Numbered from the stretch's first letter, positions 35,085 to 46,026 are shown. The stretch: 64,000 bases of DNA from an uncultured Gemmatimonadales bacterium (GCA_963833905.1 CAWHZQ010000013.1:13902-77901), one strand, 5' to 3'. The notes: a model not told the origin generated them from the sequence alone. Made by a program: numbers and translations.

Positions 35085-35971
35085 TCCCACGCAGGAGCGG
35101 CGGCGCCCGCCGGCCCACGATGCGGCAGGTCGTGGTCATCATGCCGAGCGCGTTCACGCTGGGCAACCTGTTCTTCGGGTTCTGGGCGATCGTGTCCGCC
35201 TTCAACGGCAACTTCCGCTGGGCGGGCTGGTTCATCGTGTTCTCCGGCATCCTGGACGTGCTCGACGGACGGGTCGCGCGGCTGTCGAACACGGGGACCA
35301 AGTTCGGGGCGGAGCTGGACTCGCTGGTCGACGTCATCTCGTTCGGCGTGGCCCCGGCCCTGCTGATCTACTTTCTCGACTTCGCGAGCGCGGGGCGGTT
35401 CGCCTGGGTCCTGTCCTACATCTACGTGACCGGCGTGGCGCTTCGGCTGGCGAGATTCAACGTGCTGTCGGCGGGCAAGCCGTCCACCGGATGGTTTACC
35501 GGGCTGCCGTCGCCCTCGGCGGGCATGACGCTCGCCGTCTACTATCCGTTCAGCCAGACGGACTGGTACCGGGCGTCGATCGCGTATCTCGACCTGCAGC
35601 ACCAGGGGCTGGTCGTCCTGATGCTGCTGCTCGCGCTGCTGATGGTCAGCAACGTGAAGTACCCCAAGCTGCCGTCGATCGGGCTCCGGAGCGCCAAGGG
35701 ATTGTTCGGGCTGGCGGTGCATCTCGCCATCCTGATCGGCGGCATTCTCGCACCCGAGTATTTTCTGTTTCCACTGGGCTTGTTCTACGTGGCGTTCGGG
35801 TTGGTGCGGACCACGGTGCTGGGCCTGATGGAGCGCCCCGAGCCGGCCGCCGCCGTGGACGACCAGCTCTCGGACTCGGCCATGAGCGGCGACGCGGTGT
35901 CGCCCGAACCCACTTCCAGCGAACGCCGGCTCGGCTGGAGCGACCGGCGCCAGGAGCCGAAGGAGCGATGA
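35075..35971 (+). CDS. pssA: CDP-diacylglycerol--serine O-phosphatidyltransferase
   Basis: CDP-alcohol phosphotransferase motif [26 protein letters not shown], and a multi-TM profile. Confidence 0.85.
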   Translation: MELIPRRSGGARRPTMRQVVVIMPSAFTLGNLFFGFWAIVSAFNGNFRWAGWFIVFSGILDVLDGRVARLSNTGTKFGAELDSLVDVISFGVAPALLIYFLDFASAGRFAWVLSYIYVTGVALRLARFNVLSAGKPSTGWFTGLPSPSAGMTLAVYYPFSQTDWYRASIAYLDLQHQGLVVLMLLLALLMVSNVKYPKLPSIGLRSAKGLFGLAVHLAILIGGILAPEYFLFPLGLFYVAFGLVRTTVLGLMERPEPAAAVDDQLSDSAMSGDAVSPEPTSSERRLGWSDRRQEPKER

Positions 35972-36219
35972 GCTTTCGAGTGCACGTGCGGGTGATGCCG
36001 CGAGGCGGGCTGCTGGATCCCCAGGGACAGGCCGTGGAGCATGCGCTCGCGGCGCTCGGCTTCGCCGAAGCGGGCGGGGTCCGCGTCGGCCGGGCCATCG
36101 AGCTCGACGTGGCGGCCGCCTCCCGCCCCGAAGCCGAGGCGCGGGTGCGGCAGATGTGCGACAAGCTGCTCGCCAACCCGGTGACCGAGGACTACCTGCT
36201 CGAGGTGGAGGAGGCCTGA
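35968..36219 (+). CDS. purS: phosphoribosylformylglycinamidine synthase subunit PurS
   Basis: 83 aa: [27 protein letters not shown]...ANPVTEDY. Confidence 0.85.
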   Translation: MSFRVHVRVMPRGGLLDPQGQAVEHALAALGFAEAGGVRVGRAIELDVAAASRPEAEARVRQMCDKLLANPVTEDYLLEVEEA

Positions 36220-36938
36220 TGCTCAAGGTGGCGGTCGTCCGGTTCCCGGGCAGCAACTGCGATGTCGACGCGCTCCGCGCCGCCGAGCGGGTCGGCACGA
36301 ACGCGTACCTGGTCTGGCACCGCGACACCAGCCTGCAGGGCGCCGACGTCGTGATCCTGCCGGGCGGGTTCAGCTACGGCGACTATCTCCGCTCGGGCGC
36401 CATCGCGCGGTTCAGCCCGATCATGCAGGCCGTCCAGCGGCACGCGGCCGAAGGCGGAGCGGTGCTCGGCGTCTGCAACGGCTTCCAGATCCTGTGCGAG
36501 GCCCACCTGCTGCCCGGCGCGCTCATGCGGAACGCGGGCCTTACGTTCGTCTCGAAGCCGGTGGACGTCGTCGTCGAGCGCACGGACACGGTCTTTACCT
36601 CGGCCTACGCTGCGGGCGCCCGGATCCGGCTGCCGGTCGCCCACGGCGACGGCCGCTTCGTGGCGGCCGACGACACGCTCCGCATGCTCGAGGCCGAAGG
36701 CCGCGTCGTGCTGCGGTACGAGCCGTCCTCGGAGGCCTCGCCGTTTCAGCCCAACCCGAACGGGTCCGCCAACCACATCGCCGGCATCTCGAACGCCGCG
36801 GGCACCGTGGTCGGCATCATGCCGCATCCCGAGCGCGTCGCCGACCCGCTCCTCGGAGCGCCCGACGGGCTCGGATTCTTCACATCCCTCGCGGCCTGGC
36901 AGCCGCGCGACACCATGCTCAGGGTTCCCAGCCAATGA
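36219..36938 (+). CDS. purQ: phosphoribosylformylglycinamidine synthase glutaminase subunit PurQ
   Basis: MLKVAVVRFPGSNCD...LPGGFSYGDYL...GVCNGFQIL (catalytic Cys)...MPHPER. Confidence 0.9.
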   Translation: MLKVAVVRFPGSNCDVDALRAAERVGTNAYLVWHRDTSLQGADVVILPGGFSYGDYLRSGAIARFSPIMQAVQRHAAEGGAVLGVCNGFQILCEAHLLPGALMRNAGLTFVSKPVDVVVERTDTVFTSAYAAGARIRLPVAHGDGRFVAADDTLRMLEAEGRVVLRYEPSSEASPFQPNPNGSANHIAGISNAAGTVVGIMPHPERVADPLLGAPDGLGFFTSLAAWQPRDTMLRVPSQ

Positions 36939-37264
36939 CGACCGACAAGCCCAGCCGCAACGAGGACGAGTATTTCGTCAAGCAGGATGCCGAGCTGCTG
37001 CGGAAGCAGCGCGCCCAGGCCGACGCCGCCGCGGTCGACGCCGAGCGCAAGTCGCACTACATGAAGTGCCCGAAGGACGGGTACGACCTGGCCAGCAGCC
37101 TCTATCACGGCGTCCAGATCGAGACCTGCCCCCACTGCGGCGGGATGTGGCTCGATGCCGGCGAGGTGGAGGCGGTGTCGCACGAAGAGCGGCCCGGCCT
37201 GCTCACCCGGGTGCTGTCGGATGCGTTCAGCAGCCTGAGCCACTCGCGAAAGAAGTCCTCGTGA
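36935..37264 (+). CDS. small zinc-ribbon (TFIIB-type, CPxC...CPxCxG) protein of unknown function
   Basis: 109 aa: ...YMKCPKDGYDL...IETCPHCGGMWLDAGEVE. ATGA overlap with purQ and GTGA overlap with purL. Confidence 0.65.
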   Translation: MTTDKPSRNEDEYFVKQDAELLRKQRAQADAAAVDAERKSHYMKCPKDGYDLASSLYHGVQIETCPHCGGMWLDAGEVEAVSHEERPGLLTRVLSDAFSSLSHSRKKSS

Positions 37265-39579
37265 GCAGCTCCACCGCCACCGCCGGCGCCACCGAAGCCA
37301 GCCCCTTCCCCGGCGAGCGTCCCGTCACGCCCGAGGTCGTTCGGGAGCACAACCTGAACGAGCTCGAGTACGGCCGCATCGTCGAGATGCTGGGCCGCAC
37401 GCCGACGCTCGACCGAGCTGGGCGTCTTCTCGGCGCTCTGGTCGGAGCACTGCTCGTACAAGCACTCGAAGTCGGTGCTCAAGACGTTTCCCACCACCGG
37501 GGCGCAGGTCGTCCAGGGCCCCGGCGAGAACGCCGGCGTGCTCCGGCTGCCGGAGGGCTGGGCGGTCGCGTTCAAGATCGAGTCGCACAACCACCCGTCG
37601 GCGGTCGAGCCGTATCAGGGCGCGGCCACGGGCGTCGGCGGGATCCTGCGCGACGTGTTCACGATGGGCGCGCGGCCGGTCGCGATGCTCAACAGCCTCC
37701 GGTTCGGCCCGCTCGATCATCCGCGGAACCGCTACCTCTTCGCCGGCGTCGTCCGCGGCGTGGGCGACTACGGCAACTGCGTCGGCGTGCCCACGCTCGG
37801 CGGCGAGGTCGGCTTTGCCGAGGGCTACACCGGGAACCCGCTCGTCAACGCCATGTGCGTGGGCCTGCTGAAGGAGGCCGACCTGATCCGCGCGGCGGCG
37901 TCGGGCGTGGGCAACGTACTGCTCTGCGTCGGGGCCAGGACCGGCCGGGACGGCATCCACGGCGCGAGCTTCGCCTCCGAGGAGCTGAGCGAGAAGAGCG
38001 AGGCGCGGCGGCCGCAGGTCCAGGTGGGCGATCCGTTCACCGAGAAGCTGCTGCTGGAGGCCAGCCTCGAGCTCATCACGTCCGGACTCATCGTCGCGAT
38101 CCAGGACATGGGTGCCGCCGGCCTCACCAGCTCGAGCGCCGAGATGGCGGCGCGCGGCGGCGTGGGCGTGGAGATCGACACCGGGCCTCGTGCCCACCCG
38201 CGAGCCGGGCATGACCCCCTACGAGATCCTGCTCAGCGAGAGCCAGGAGCGCATGCTCGTCGTCGCCGAGCCCGGCCGCGTGGCGGAGATCCAGGCGGTC
38301 TGCGCCAAGTGGGAGCTCGGCGCCACGCCGATCGGCCACGTCACCGACGACGGGATCTATCGGGTGCGTCACGACGGGCTCGTGGTCGCCGCGATCCCGG
38401 GCCAGCGGCTGGTCGACGATTGCCCGATGTACGACCCCGAGGCTCGCGAGAGCGACGCCGCGCGCGCCCGCCGCGCGGCGTCGCCCAGCCGCGCGCCGAA
38501 GGCCGATCTCCAGGACGCCCTGCCCCTGCTGCTCGACGCGCCCAATCTCGCCAGCAAGCGCTGGGTCTACGAGCAGTACGACTCGACCGTACAGGCGTCC
38601 ACCGTGCTGGGCCCCGGCGGCGACGCCGGCGTGCTCCAGGTGCCGGGCACCAGCTTCGGATTGGCGGTCACGGTCGACTGCAACAACCGCCTGGTCGCGC
38701 TCGACCCCTACGAGGGGGGCAAGGCCACGGTGGCCGAGGCCGCCCGCAACATCGCCTGCACCGGCGCGCGGCCGCTGGGCATCACCGACTGCCTCAACTT
38801 CGGGAACCCGGAGAAGCCGGACGTCTTCTTCCAGTTCCGCGAGGCCTGCCGCGGCATCGCCGACGCCTGCCGCGCGTTCGACACGCCGGTCACCGGCGGC
38901 AACGTGAGCTTCTACAACGAGAGCCCGACCGGCGCCGTCGATCCGACGCCGACCATCGGCATGGTGGGCCTGCTGGAGCGCGTGGCCGATCGGGTGCCCA
39001 GCCACTTCGCCGCGCCGGGCGACGAAATTCTCGTCCTGGGCGCCACCCGCGGCGAGCTCGGCGGCTCCGCCTACTGGGCCGAGGTGCGAGATTTCGTCGG
39101 TGGCCGCCCCGCCCGGGTTGACCTCGACGCCGAGCGCCGGCTCCAGCGAGCTGCTGGTGGCCGCGGCCCGGCGCCGCCTGCTCCGCTCGGCGCACGACTG
39201 CTCGGAGGGCGGGCTGCTCGTGGCGCTGGCCGAGGCGGCCATCGGCGGTGCCTACGCGTCCGGAGGGCTCGGGGCGACACTCGACCTGACCGCCTACGCC
39301 CCCGGCGTGCCGCCGGAGGGCGTGCTCTACGGCGAGGACGGCGCCCGCGTCGTCGTCTCCGCGGCCCCCAGCGAGGTCGCGGCACTCCTGACGCTGGCCG
39401 GCGAGCACGGCGTGCCGGCGCATCGCGCAGGCCGCGTCGGCGAGGCGGACGGCACGCTGGAACTTCGGGTGGGCCATCAACTGTTGTCGTGGGGCATCGG
39501 CGCACTTCGGCAGACCTATTTCATGGCGATTCCCAGACGGATGCAGCATCCGGACGTGGACCGCTCGGCGGGAGAGTAA
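37261..39579 (+). CDS. purL: phosphoribosylformylglycinamidine synthase subunit PurL, with three apparent frameshifts (~37415, ~38185, ~39145)
   Basis: Four successive +1 frames: [15 protein letters not shown]; [11 protein letters not shown]...[21 protein letters not shown]; [16 protein letters not shown]...[11 protein letters not shown]; [16 protein letters not shown]. Confidence 0.9.
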
Positions 39580-39582
39580 GGC

Positions 39583-40977
39583 ATGTGCGGCATCATCGGC
39601 GTCTCCGGGCTGCCTGACGCGGCCCAGCTCACGTACCTGGGGCTCTACGCCCTGCAGCACCGCGGCCAGGAGAGCGCGGGCATCGTCGCGATCGACCGGG
39701 AGGGCAACGCCCGCTCGCACCGCGGCATGGGGCTCGTGAGCGAGAACTTCGAGGAGTCGATCCTCGCCACGCTGCCGGGCGATGTGGCCGTCGGGCACAC
39801 GCGCTACTCGACCACCGGAAGCACGGTGCTCGCCAATGCACAGCCGTGCAACGTCGCCACGCGCTGCGGGCCGCTCGCCATCGCCCACAACGGCAACATC
39901 ATCAACGCCGCCGAACTCAAGCGGGAGCTGGTCGAGAAGGGCGCCATCTTCACCACCTCGTCGGACACCGAGGTGCTGGTGCACCTGATCGCCCGCTCGA
40001 AGGCATCGACGGTCGAGGGCCAGATCCGGGATGCGCTCGAACAGGTGGACGGCGCGTACAGCCTGGTGATCTCGGTCGGCCGGGTGCTCTACGCCGTGGT
40101 CGACAGCCGGGGCTTCCGGCCGCTGGTGATGGGCCGCCTCGGCGGCGGGATGATCGTCGCGTCGGAGACCTGCGCCCTCGACCTGCTGGGAGCGCACATC
40201 GCCTGCGAGCTCCAGCCCGGCGAGTTCATCCGGATCGAGGACGGGAAGGTCACCGAGCTGCCGCGGCTGTCGCCCCGGCCGGTGAGCCGCTGCGTGTTCG
40301 AGCTGGTGTACTTCGCCCGGCCCGACAGCACCGTCTTCGGCGAGTCCGTCGACCGCGCCCGCCGAGAGCTGGGCCGGCAGCTGGCCCGCGAGCAGCCGGC
40401 GCCCCGGGGCGAGGTGGTCTTCAGCGTGCCCGACAGCTCCAACGCCATGGCCCTCGGATTCTCCGAGATTTCCGGAGTCAAGCTCGAGTACGGACTGATC
40501 CGGAACCACTACGTCGGGCGGACCTTCATCAATCCCACCCAGAACCATCGGGTGGCCAAGGTGAAGATCAAGTTCAATCCGGTGCGGGACGTCATCCAGG
40601 GCAAGTCGGTGGTCGTGGTGGACGACAGCCTCGTACGCGGCAACACGAGCCAGAGCCTGGTCCAGATGATCCGGGCCGCGGGCGCCCGCGAGGTACATCT
40701 CCGGCTGGGCTCGCCGCCGATCACCGGGCCCTGCCTCTACGGCATCGACACGCCGACCAGCGAGGAGCTCATCGCCGCGACGCATTCGGTCGAGGAGATC
40801 CGCGAGTTCCTCGGCGTCGACTCGCTCGGCTATCTCTCGCTCGACGGCATGCTCCGCGCCGCGGGCCAGAGCAACGAGTACTGCCACGCCTGCTTCTCCG
40901 GCCAGTATCCCACGCCCATCCCGGGCGAGCTGGTGCAGCTCCGGCACGCCTCCCCGCTGGTGGCGACGCCGGCATGA
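39583..40977 (+). CDS. purF: amidophosphoribosyltransferase
   Basis: Intact 464-aa ORF: MCGIIGV (N-terminal Cys), YALQHRGQESAGI, VVVVDDSLVRGNT. Confidence 0.95.
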   Translation: MCGIIGVSGLPDAAQLTYLGLYALQHRGQESAGIVAIDREGNARSHRGMGLVSENFEESILATLPGDVAVGHTRYSTTGSTVLANAQPCNVATRCGPLAIAHNGNIINAAELKRELVEKGAIFTTSSDTEVLVHLIARSKASTVEGQIRDALEQVDGAYSLVISVGRVLYAVVDSRGFRPLVMGRLGGGMIVASETCALDLLGAHIACELQPGEFIRIEDGKVTELPRLSPRPVSRCVFELVYFARPDSTVFGESVDRARRELGRQLAREQPAPRGEVVFSVPDSSNAMALGFSEISGVKLEYGLIRNHYVGRTFINPTQNHRVAKVKIKFNPVRDVIQGKSVVVVDDSLVRGNTSQSLVQMIRAAGAREVHLRLGSPPITGPCLYGIDTPTSEELIAATHSVEEIREFLGVDSLGYLSLDGMLRAAGQSNEYCHACFSGQYPTPIPGELVQLRHASPLVATPA

Positions 40978-43640
40978 GCGGCCCCGTCGCCCAGCCCCTG
41001 GTCTACTTCTTCGGGCAGGGGCGCGCCGACGGCACCGCCGCGATGAAGGACGTGCTCGGCGGCAAGGGTGCCGGGCTCGCCGAGATGACCACCATCGGCA
41101 TCCCCGTCCCGCCCGGCTTCACGATCGCCAGCAGCCTCTGCCTCAGTTATCTCGACAGCCACCAGTTTCCGAAGCGCCTCCAGACCCAGGTGGAGAACGC
41201 CCTGCACCGGGTCGAGGCCGCCACGGGCAAGCACTTCGGCGACGGCGACAACCCGCTGCTCGTGAGCGTGCGCTCGGGCGCCGCCGTGTCGATGCCGGGC
41301 ATGATGGAGACGATCCTCAACCTCGGGCTCAACGACGTGACGGTCGAGGGCCTGACGCGGCTGAGCGCGAACCCGCAGTTCGCGTGGGACTCCTACCGAC
41401 GGTTCGTGCAGATGTACGGCAGCGTGGTGTTCGAGCTGCCCCGGAAGGGGTTCGAGGACATCCTCGAGGAGCACCGCCAGCGCTGCCGGGTGGAGCGTGA
41501 CATCGACCTGCCGATCGCGGAGCTGCAGGCCATCGTGCAGCGGTTCAAGCAGCACGTGCGCGGCCAGACCGGGCGCGACTTCCCCAGCGACCCGCTCGAC
41601 CAGCTCTGGGGCGCCATCGCCGCCGTGTTCGAGAGCTGGAACACGCGCCGGGCGATCGACTACCGGAAGCTGCACGACATTCCGGACGCCATGGGCACCG
41701 CGGTCAACGTGGTGGCGATGGTGTTCGGCAACCTGGGCGAGGACTCGGGCACCGGCGTCGCGTTCAGCCGCGATCCGTCCATCGGCGAGCGCGCGCTCTA
41801 CGGCGAGTATCTGCTCAACGCGCAGGGCGAGGACGTCGTCTCCGGCAGCCGGACGCCGCTCCCGATCGCCACGCTGAAGGACCGCCTGCCGGCGTCGTAC
41901 CAGGAGCTGGAGCGGGTGGCACGCACCCTCGAGCGCCACTTCCGCGACGTGCAGGACATGGAGTTCACCATCGAGCGCGGCACGCTCTACATGCTGCAGA
42001 CCCGGCGCGGCCAGCGCTCGGGGCATGCGGCCGTGCGCATCGCCTGCGAGATGGTGGACGAGGACCTCATCTCCGAGGAGGAGGCCGTCGCCCGCATTCC
42101 GCCGCACGACCTCAACCAGCTGCTCCATCCCACCATCGACCCGCACAGCCAGCTCGACCTGCTGACCACCGGCCTGCCGGCCTCGCCGGGCGCGGCCTGC
42201 GGCACGGTGGTGTTCGACGCCGACCACGCGGAGAAGCTCGGGCGCGCCGGCCAGGCGGTCATCCTGGTGCGGCGCGAGACCTCGCCCGAGGACTTCCACG
42301 GCATGGTGATGGCCAAGGCGGTGCTCACGGCCCGCGGCGGCATGACCTCCCACGCGGCGGTGGTGGCGCGGGGCATGGGGAAGCCGTGCGTCGTGGGCGC
42401 GCAGGACCTGCAGGTGGACGAGCGAGCGGGCCAGATGGGCGTGAACGGGCGGAAGCTCGCCCAGGGCGACTGGATCACGGTGGACGGCAGCACCGGCAAG
42501 GTGTTCGCGGGCCAGGCGGCGCTCCGCACGCCGGAGATGGGCGGCGACTTCCTTCGCCTGATGCAGTGGGCCGACCGGATCCGCCAGCTCCGCGTGCGGG
42601 TCAACGCCGACACGCCGGCGGACGCCCATCGCGGCCGCGATTTCGGCGCCGAAGGGATCGGGCTCTGCCGCACCGAGCACATGTTCTTCGACGGCGACCG
42701 GCTGACCGCCATGCGCCAGATGATCGTGGCGCAGGACACCGTGGGCCGGCAGCGCGCCCTCGCCAAGCTGCTGCCGATGCAGCGCTCCGACTTCGAGGCC
42801 ATCTTCCGCGCGATGGAGGGCTTCCCGGTCACCATCCGGCTGCTCGACCCGCCGCTGCACGAGTTCCTGCCGAAGGAGCCGAACGAGATCGAGCTGCTGG
42901 CGCGCGAGCTCAAGATGGACATCGCCGCGCTGCAGGCCGTGATCGACCGGCTGCACGAGGTGAACCCGATGCTCGGCCTCCGCGGCTGCCGGCTCGGGAT
43001 CATCTACCCCGAGATCACCACCATGCAGGTCCGGGCCATCTTCGAGGCCGCCTGCACCGTCGCTGCCCGGAAGGGCCGCGTCATGCCCGAGGTGATGGTG
43101 CCGCTCACCGCCAGCGTGGTCGAGTTCCGGAAGCAGGCGCTGATCGTCCGCCAGGTGGCCGAGGAAGTCTTCCGCGAGCGCCAGATCACCGTGCCGTTCC
43201 TGCTCGGCACCATGATCGAGCTGCCGCGCGCCGCCCTCACCGCGGACGAGCTGGCCCGCGAGGCCCAGTTCTTCTCCTTCGGCACCAACGACCTCACGCA
43301 GACCACCTGGGGCCTGAGCCGGGACGACGCGGGGCACTTCCTGCCCTACTACCTGGAGCACGGCGTGATCGAGGACGATCCGTTCCAGGTCCTCGACATC
43401 CCCGGTGTCGGCAAGCTGATGCAGATGGCCAGCGAGCTCGGCCGCCGCACGCGCCCCGACCTCAAGCTCGGCATCTGCGGCGAGCACGGCGGCGATCCGA
43501 CCGCCGTGGCCTTCTGCGACCGGCTCGGCATGAACTACGTGAGCTGTTCCCCGTTCCGGATCCCGATCGCCCGGCTCGCGGCGGCGCAGGCGGCGCTGGC
43601 GACGCGGGGGACGATGGACCGCACGCGCGCGACGGTGTGA
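40974..43640 (+). CDS. ppdK: pyruvate, phosphate dikinase
   Basis: 888 aa in the frame of ORF 39846..43640: GGKGAGLAEM, GGMTSHAAVVARGMG (phospho-His), GICGEHGGDP. ATGA overlap with purF. No frameshift. Confidence 0.95.
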   Translation: MSGPVAQPLVYFFGQGRADGTAAMKDVLGGKGAGLAEMTTIGIPVPPGFTIASSLCLSYLDSHQFPKRLQTQVENALHRVEAATGKHFGDGDNPLLVSVRSGAAVSMPGMMETILNLGLNDVTVEGLTRLSANPQFAWDSYRRFVQMYGSVVFELPRKGFEDILEEHRQRCRVERDIDLPIAELQAIVQRFKQHVRGQTGRDFPSDPLDQLWGAIAAVFESWNTRRAIDYRKLHDIPDAMGTAVNVVAMVFGNLGEDSGTGVAFSRDPSIGERALYGEYLLNAQGEDVVSGSRTPLPIATLKDRLPASYQELERVARTLERHFRDVQDMEFTIERGTLYMLQTRRGQRSGHAAVRIACEMVDEDLISEEEAVARIPPHDLNQLLHPTIDPHSQLDLLTTGLPASPGAACGTVVFDADHAEKLGRAGQAVILVRRETSPEDFHGMVMAKAVLTARGGMTSHAAVVARGMGKPCVVGAQDLQVDERAGQMGVNGRKLAQGDWITVDGSTGKVFAGQAALRTPEMGGDFLRLMQWADRIRQLRVRVNADTPADAHRGRDFGAEGIGLCRTEHMFFDGDRLTAMRQMIVAQDTVGRQRALAKLLPMQRSDFEAIFRAMEGFPVTIRLLDPPLHEFLPKEPNEIELLARELKMDIAALQAVIDRLHEVNPMLGLRGCRLGIIYPEITTMQVRAIFEAACTVAARKGRVMPEVMVPLTASVVEFRKQALIVRQVAEEVFRERQITVPFLLGTMIELPRAALTADELAREAQFFSFGTNDLTQTTWGLSRDDAGHFLPYYLEHGVIEDDPFQVLDIPGVGKLMQMASELGRRTRPDLKLGICGEHGGDPTAVAFCDRLGMNYVSCSPFRIPIARLAAAQAALATRGTMDRTRATV

Positions 43641-43782
43641 GTCGAGTTGCGGATTCCACGGCTCCGCACGCCGCTTCGATCACCGCGGAGGCGCGTCACT
43701 GGAGTCGGTGTCGCGCCCCGCGGCGATTGAGTCGAGCAGCCGGCGGGGGCGCGGTGGCCCCGCAGGGAGCGTCAGAGCGCGT

Positions 43783-44241
43783 TTAATTCCCTGCGCGATC
43801 CCCAAGATCGAAGCGCTCTGCAGCGACCGAAGGGGCCGCCGTGCCCCCGCCGGCTGCGGCAGCATGGCAGGATCTCCGCGCCGTACCAAGCGCCCACGCC
43901 CGCGCAAAGATCTCGATCATGCGGTGCACCGTGATGTCGAGATCCCCGCGCGGACCCGAGAACCGCTGGTCGGTGACTTCGACGTCCTCGACGGACGTGG
44001 TGATGAACGTCCGCCACCCCGGGACGTCGCCACTCCGGCTCTCGCCCCCGGTCTGGTACGCCACCAGCATCGGTTCGCCGGCCTCGTGGATGCCGATCAG
44101 CTGCGGCTCGATCACGCGGTCGCGCCCCTGGTACCGGATGCGGGTGACCCGGTGCTCCAGCACGGCCAGCACCAGCCGCTCGCCGAAGGTCAGCTCCTCG
44201 AGGGGATGCGTGGGTCTGCTCGTCTGTACCTCGCGTTTCAT
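43783..44241 (-). CDS. small stand-alone WYL-like (SH3-barrel) domain protein of unknown function
   Basis: The ATG at 44241 is preceded by GGGAGGG. RIRYQGRDRVIEPQLIGIHEAGEPMLVAYQ...GWRTFITTSVEDVEVTDQRF follows the WYL pattern. The last ~40 codons are low-complexity and may not be genuine. Confidence 0.5.
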   Translation of the reverse strand: MKREVQTSRPTHPLEELTFGERLVLAVLEHRVTRIRYQGRDRVIEPQLIGIHEAGEPMLVAYQTGGESRSGDVPGWRTFITTSVEDVEVTDQRFSGPRGDLDITVHRMIEIFARAWALGTARRSCHAAAAGGGTAAPSVAAERFDLGDRAGN

Positions 44242-44389
44242 GCTGCCCTCCCTGCGCAAGTTCGGCATCAACCTAGAGTGGCCACGGAGGCCTGACGGTG
44301 ACGGCTGACACGACCGCTTGCCCGGCCGAGGGGGCCGTCCTTAATTCCTGCCTTCCGGCGCCGCCGGTCCACCCCTCCTTGAGGACGTC

Positions 44390-44884
44390 ATGACCGCACC
44401 GCTCGTGGGCATCGTGATGGGCAGCGACTCCGACTGGGAGGTGATGCAGCACGCCAGCCAGCGGCTCCAGGAGCTCGGCGTGGCGCACGAGAGCCGGGTG
44501 GTGAGTGCCCACCGGACGCCGGACCTGCTCTTCCGCTACGCTGAAGAGGCGCGCGGACGAGGCCTGCGGTGCATTATCGCCGGTGCGGGCGGGGCCGCGC
44601 ACCTGCCCGGCATGCTCGCGGCCAAGACGCCGCTTCCGGTCCTCGGCGTGCCCGTGACATCGGCGCAGCTCCAGGGGCTCGACTCCCTGCTCTCGATCGT
44701 GCAGATGCCGGCGGGCATTCCGGTGGCCACGTTCGCCATCGGCGCCGCGGGAGCACACAATGCGGGACTCTATGCCGTGGCGATCCTCGCGCTCTCGGAC
44801 GCCGCGGTCGCCGGGCGGCTCGACGCCTTCCGCGCGGCCCAGACCGAGCGCGTGCTCAAGCTCACGCTCCCGGGGCCCGCGTGA
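44390..44884 (+). CDS. purE: N5-carboxyaminoimidazole ribonucleotide mutase
   Basis: Intact 164-aa ORF: [11 protein letters not shown]...SAHRTPD...[10 protein letters not shown]...GVPV. Confidence 0.95.
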   Translation: MTAPLVGIVMGSDSDWEVMQHASQRLQELGVAHESRVVSAHRTPDLLFRYAEEARGRGLRCIIAGAGGAAHLPGMLAAKTPLPVLGVPVTSAQLQGLDSLLSIVQMPAGIPVATFAIGAAGAHNAGLYAVAILALSDAAVAGRLDAFRAAQTERVLKLTLPGPA

Positions 44885-46026
44885 TCCTTCCCGGCGCCAC
44901 CGTCGGCATGCTCGGCGGCGGCCAGCTCGGCCGGATGTTCACGCTCCGGGCGCGCTCGATGGGCTACGGCGTGGTGGTCCTCGATCCCGATCCCCTGAGT
45001 CCGGCCGGGCTCGTGGCCGACCGCCATCTCCGGGCCGAGTACTCCGACGAGGCCGCGCTCGACACGCTGGCTGAAGCGTGCGCCGCGATCACGACCGAGT
45101 TCGAGAACGTCCCGGCGGCGACGCTCGAGCGGCTTGCGCGGACGAACATCGTGCGGCCCCACGTCGGGGCCCTGGCGATCGCCCAGGACCGGATCACCGA
45201 GAAGCGCTTTCTGCACGAATCCGGGTTCGCGACGGCGCGGTTCCGCCCCGTCCACTCGGCCGAGGAGCTCGACTCGGCCGTGGCGGCGATCCGATCGCCC
45301 GCGCTGCTCAAGACCAGCCGGCTGGGCTACGATGGCAAGGGGCAGGCGGCGGTGACCGACGTGCCGTCGGGGCGCGCGGCGTTCGAGCGGTTTGGTGGGG
45401 TGGCGTGCGTGCTGGAGGAGCGGTTGACGCTCGAGACCGAGCTCTCGGTCGTGCTCGCCCGCGGGGAGGACGGCGCCGTCGCCGCGTTTCCAGTGGGCGA
45501 GAACCGGCACCGGGACGGCATCCTCGAGACCACGGTCGTCCCGGCCCGTGTGCCCGAGGGGCTCGCGGAGGAGGCCCGGGCCCTCGCGATCGCCGTGGCG
45601 GAGCGGATGGCGTACGTCGGCGTGCTCGGCGTCGAGCTCTTCGTGGCGAACGGCGGCCGACTCTACGTCAACGAGATGGCGCCGCGCCCGCACAACAGCG
45701 GACACTACACGATGGACGCCTGCACCGTCGATCAGTTCGAGCAGCAGCTTCGCGCGCTGTGCGGCCTGCCGCTGGGCGAGCCGCGGCTGCTCACGCCCGC
45801 CGCGATGATCAACCTCCTCGGCGACCTCTGGGCCCACGGGGAGCCGCGCTGGGCCGAGGCGCTCCGCCTTCCCGGCGTCCGCCTGCACCTCTACGGCAAG
45901 GCCGTCCCGAGGCCGGGCCGGAAGATGGGCCACCTCACTTGTCTCGCCCGCGACGCGGGGCAGGCGCTCGCGTTGGCGCTCGATGCGCACGCGGCGCTCC
46001 TGGCGCCCGCGCCTGTCACCGTCTGA
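44881..46026 (+). CDS. purK: N5-carboxyaminoimidazole ribonucleotide synthase (ATP-grasp)
   Basis: [12 protein letters not shown]...TTEFENV...[13 protein letters not shown]...[12 protein letters not shown]...RKMGH. The GTG start overlaps the purE stop (GTGA). Confidence 0.9.
   Translation: MILPGATVGMLGGGQLGRMFTLRARSMGYGVVVLDPDPLSPAGLVADRHLRAEYSDEAALDTLAEACAAITTEFENVPAATLERLARTNIVRPHVGALAIAQDRITEKRFLHESGFATARFRPVHSAEELDSAVAAIRSPALLKTSRLGYDGKGQAAVTDVPSGRAAFERFGGVACVLEERLTLETELSVVLARGEDGAVAAFPVGENRHRDGILETTVVPARVPEGLAEEARALAIAVAERMAYVGVLGVELFVANGGRLYVNEMAPRPHNSGHYTMDACTVDQFEQQLRALCGLPLGEPRLLTPAAMINLLGDLWAHGEPRWAEALRLPGVRLHLYGKAVPRPGRKMGHLTCLARDAGQALALALDAHAALLAPAPVTV

Noticed and set aside
43789-44352. 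TTAATTCC(C)TGC direct repeats flanking the WYL-like gene as att sites or a target-site duplication of a mobile insert.
   Set aside because: Only 8-12 nt are shared, with an indel. There is no recombinase and there are no terminal inverted repeats. I kept it as a note under the WYL finding rather than calling a mobile element.
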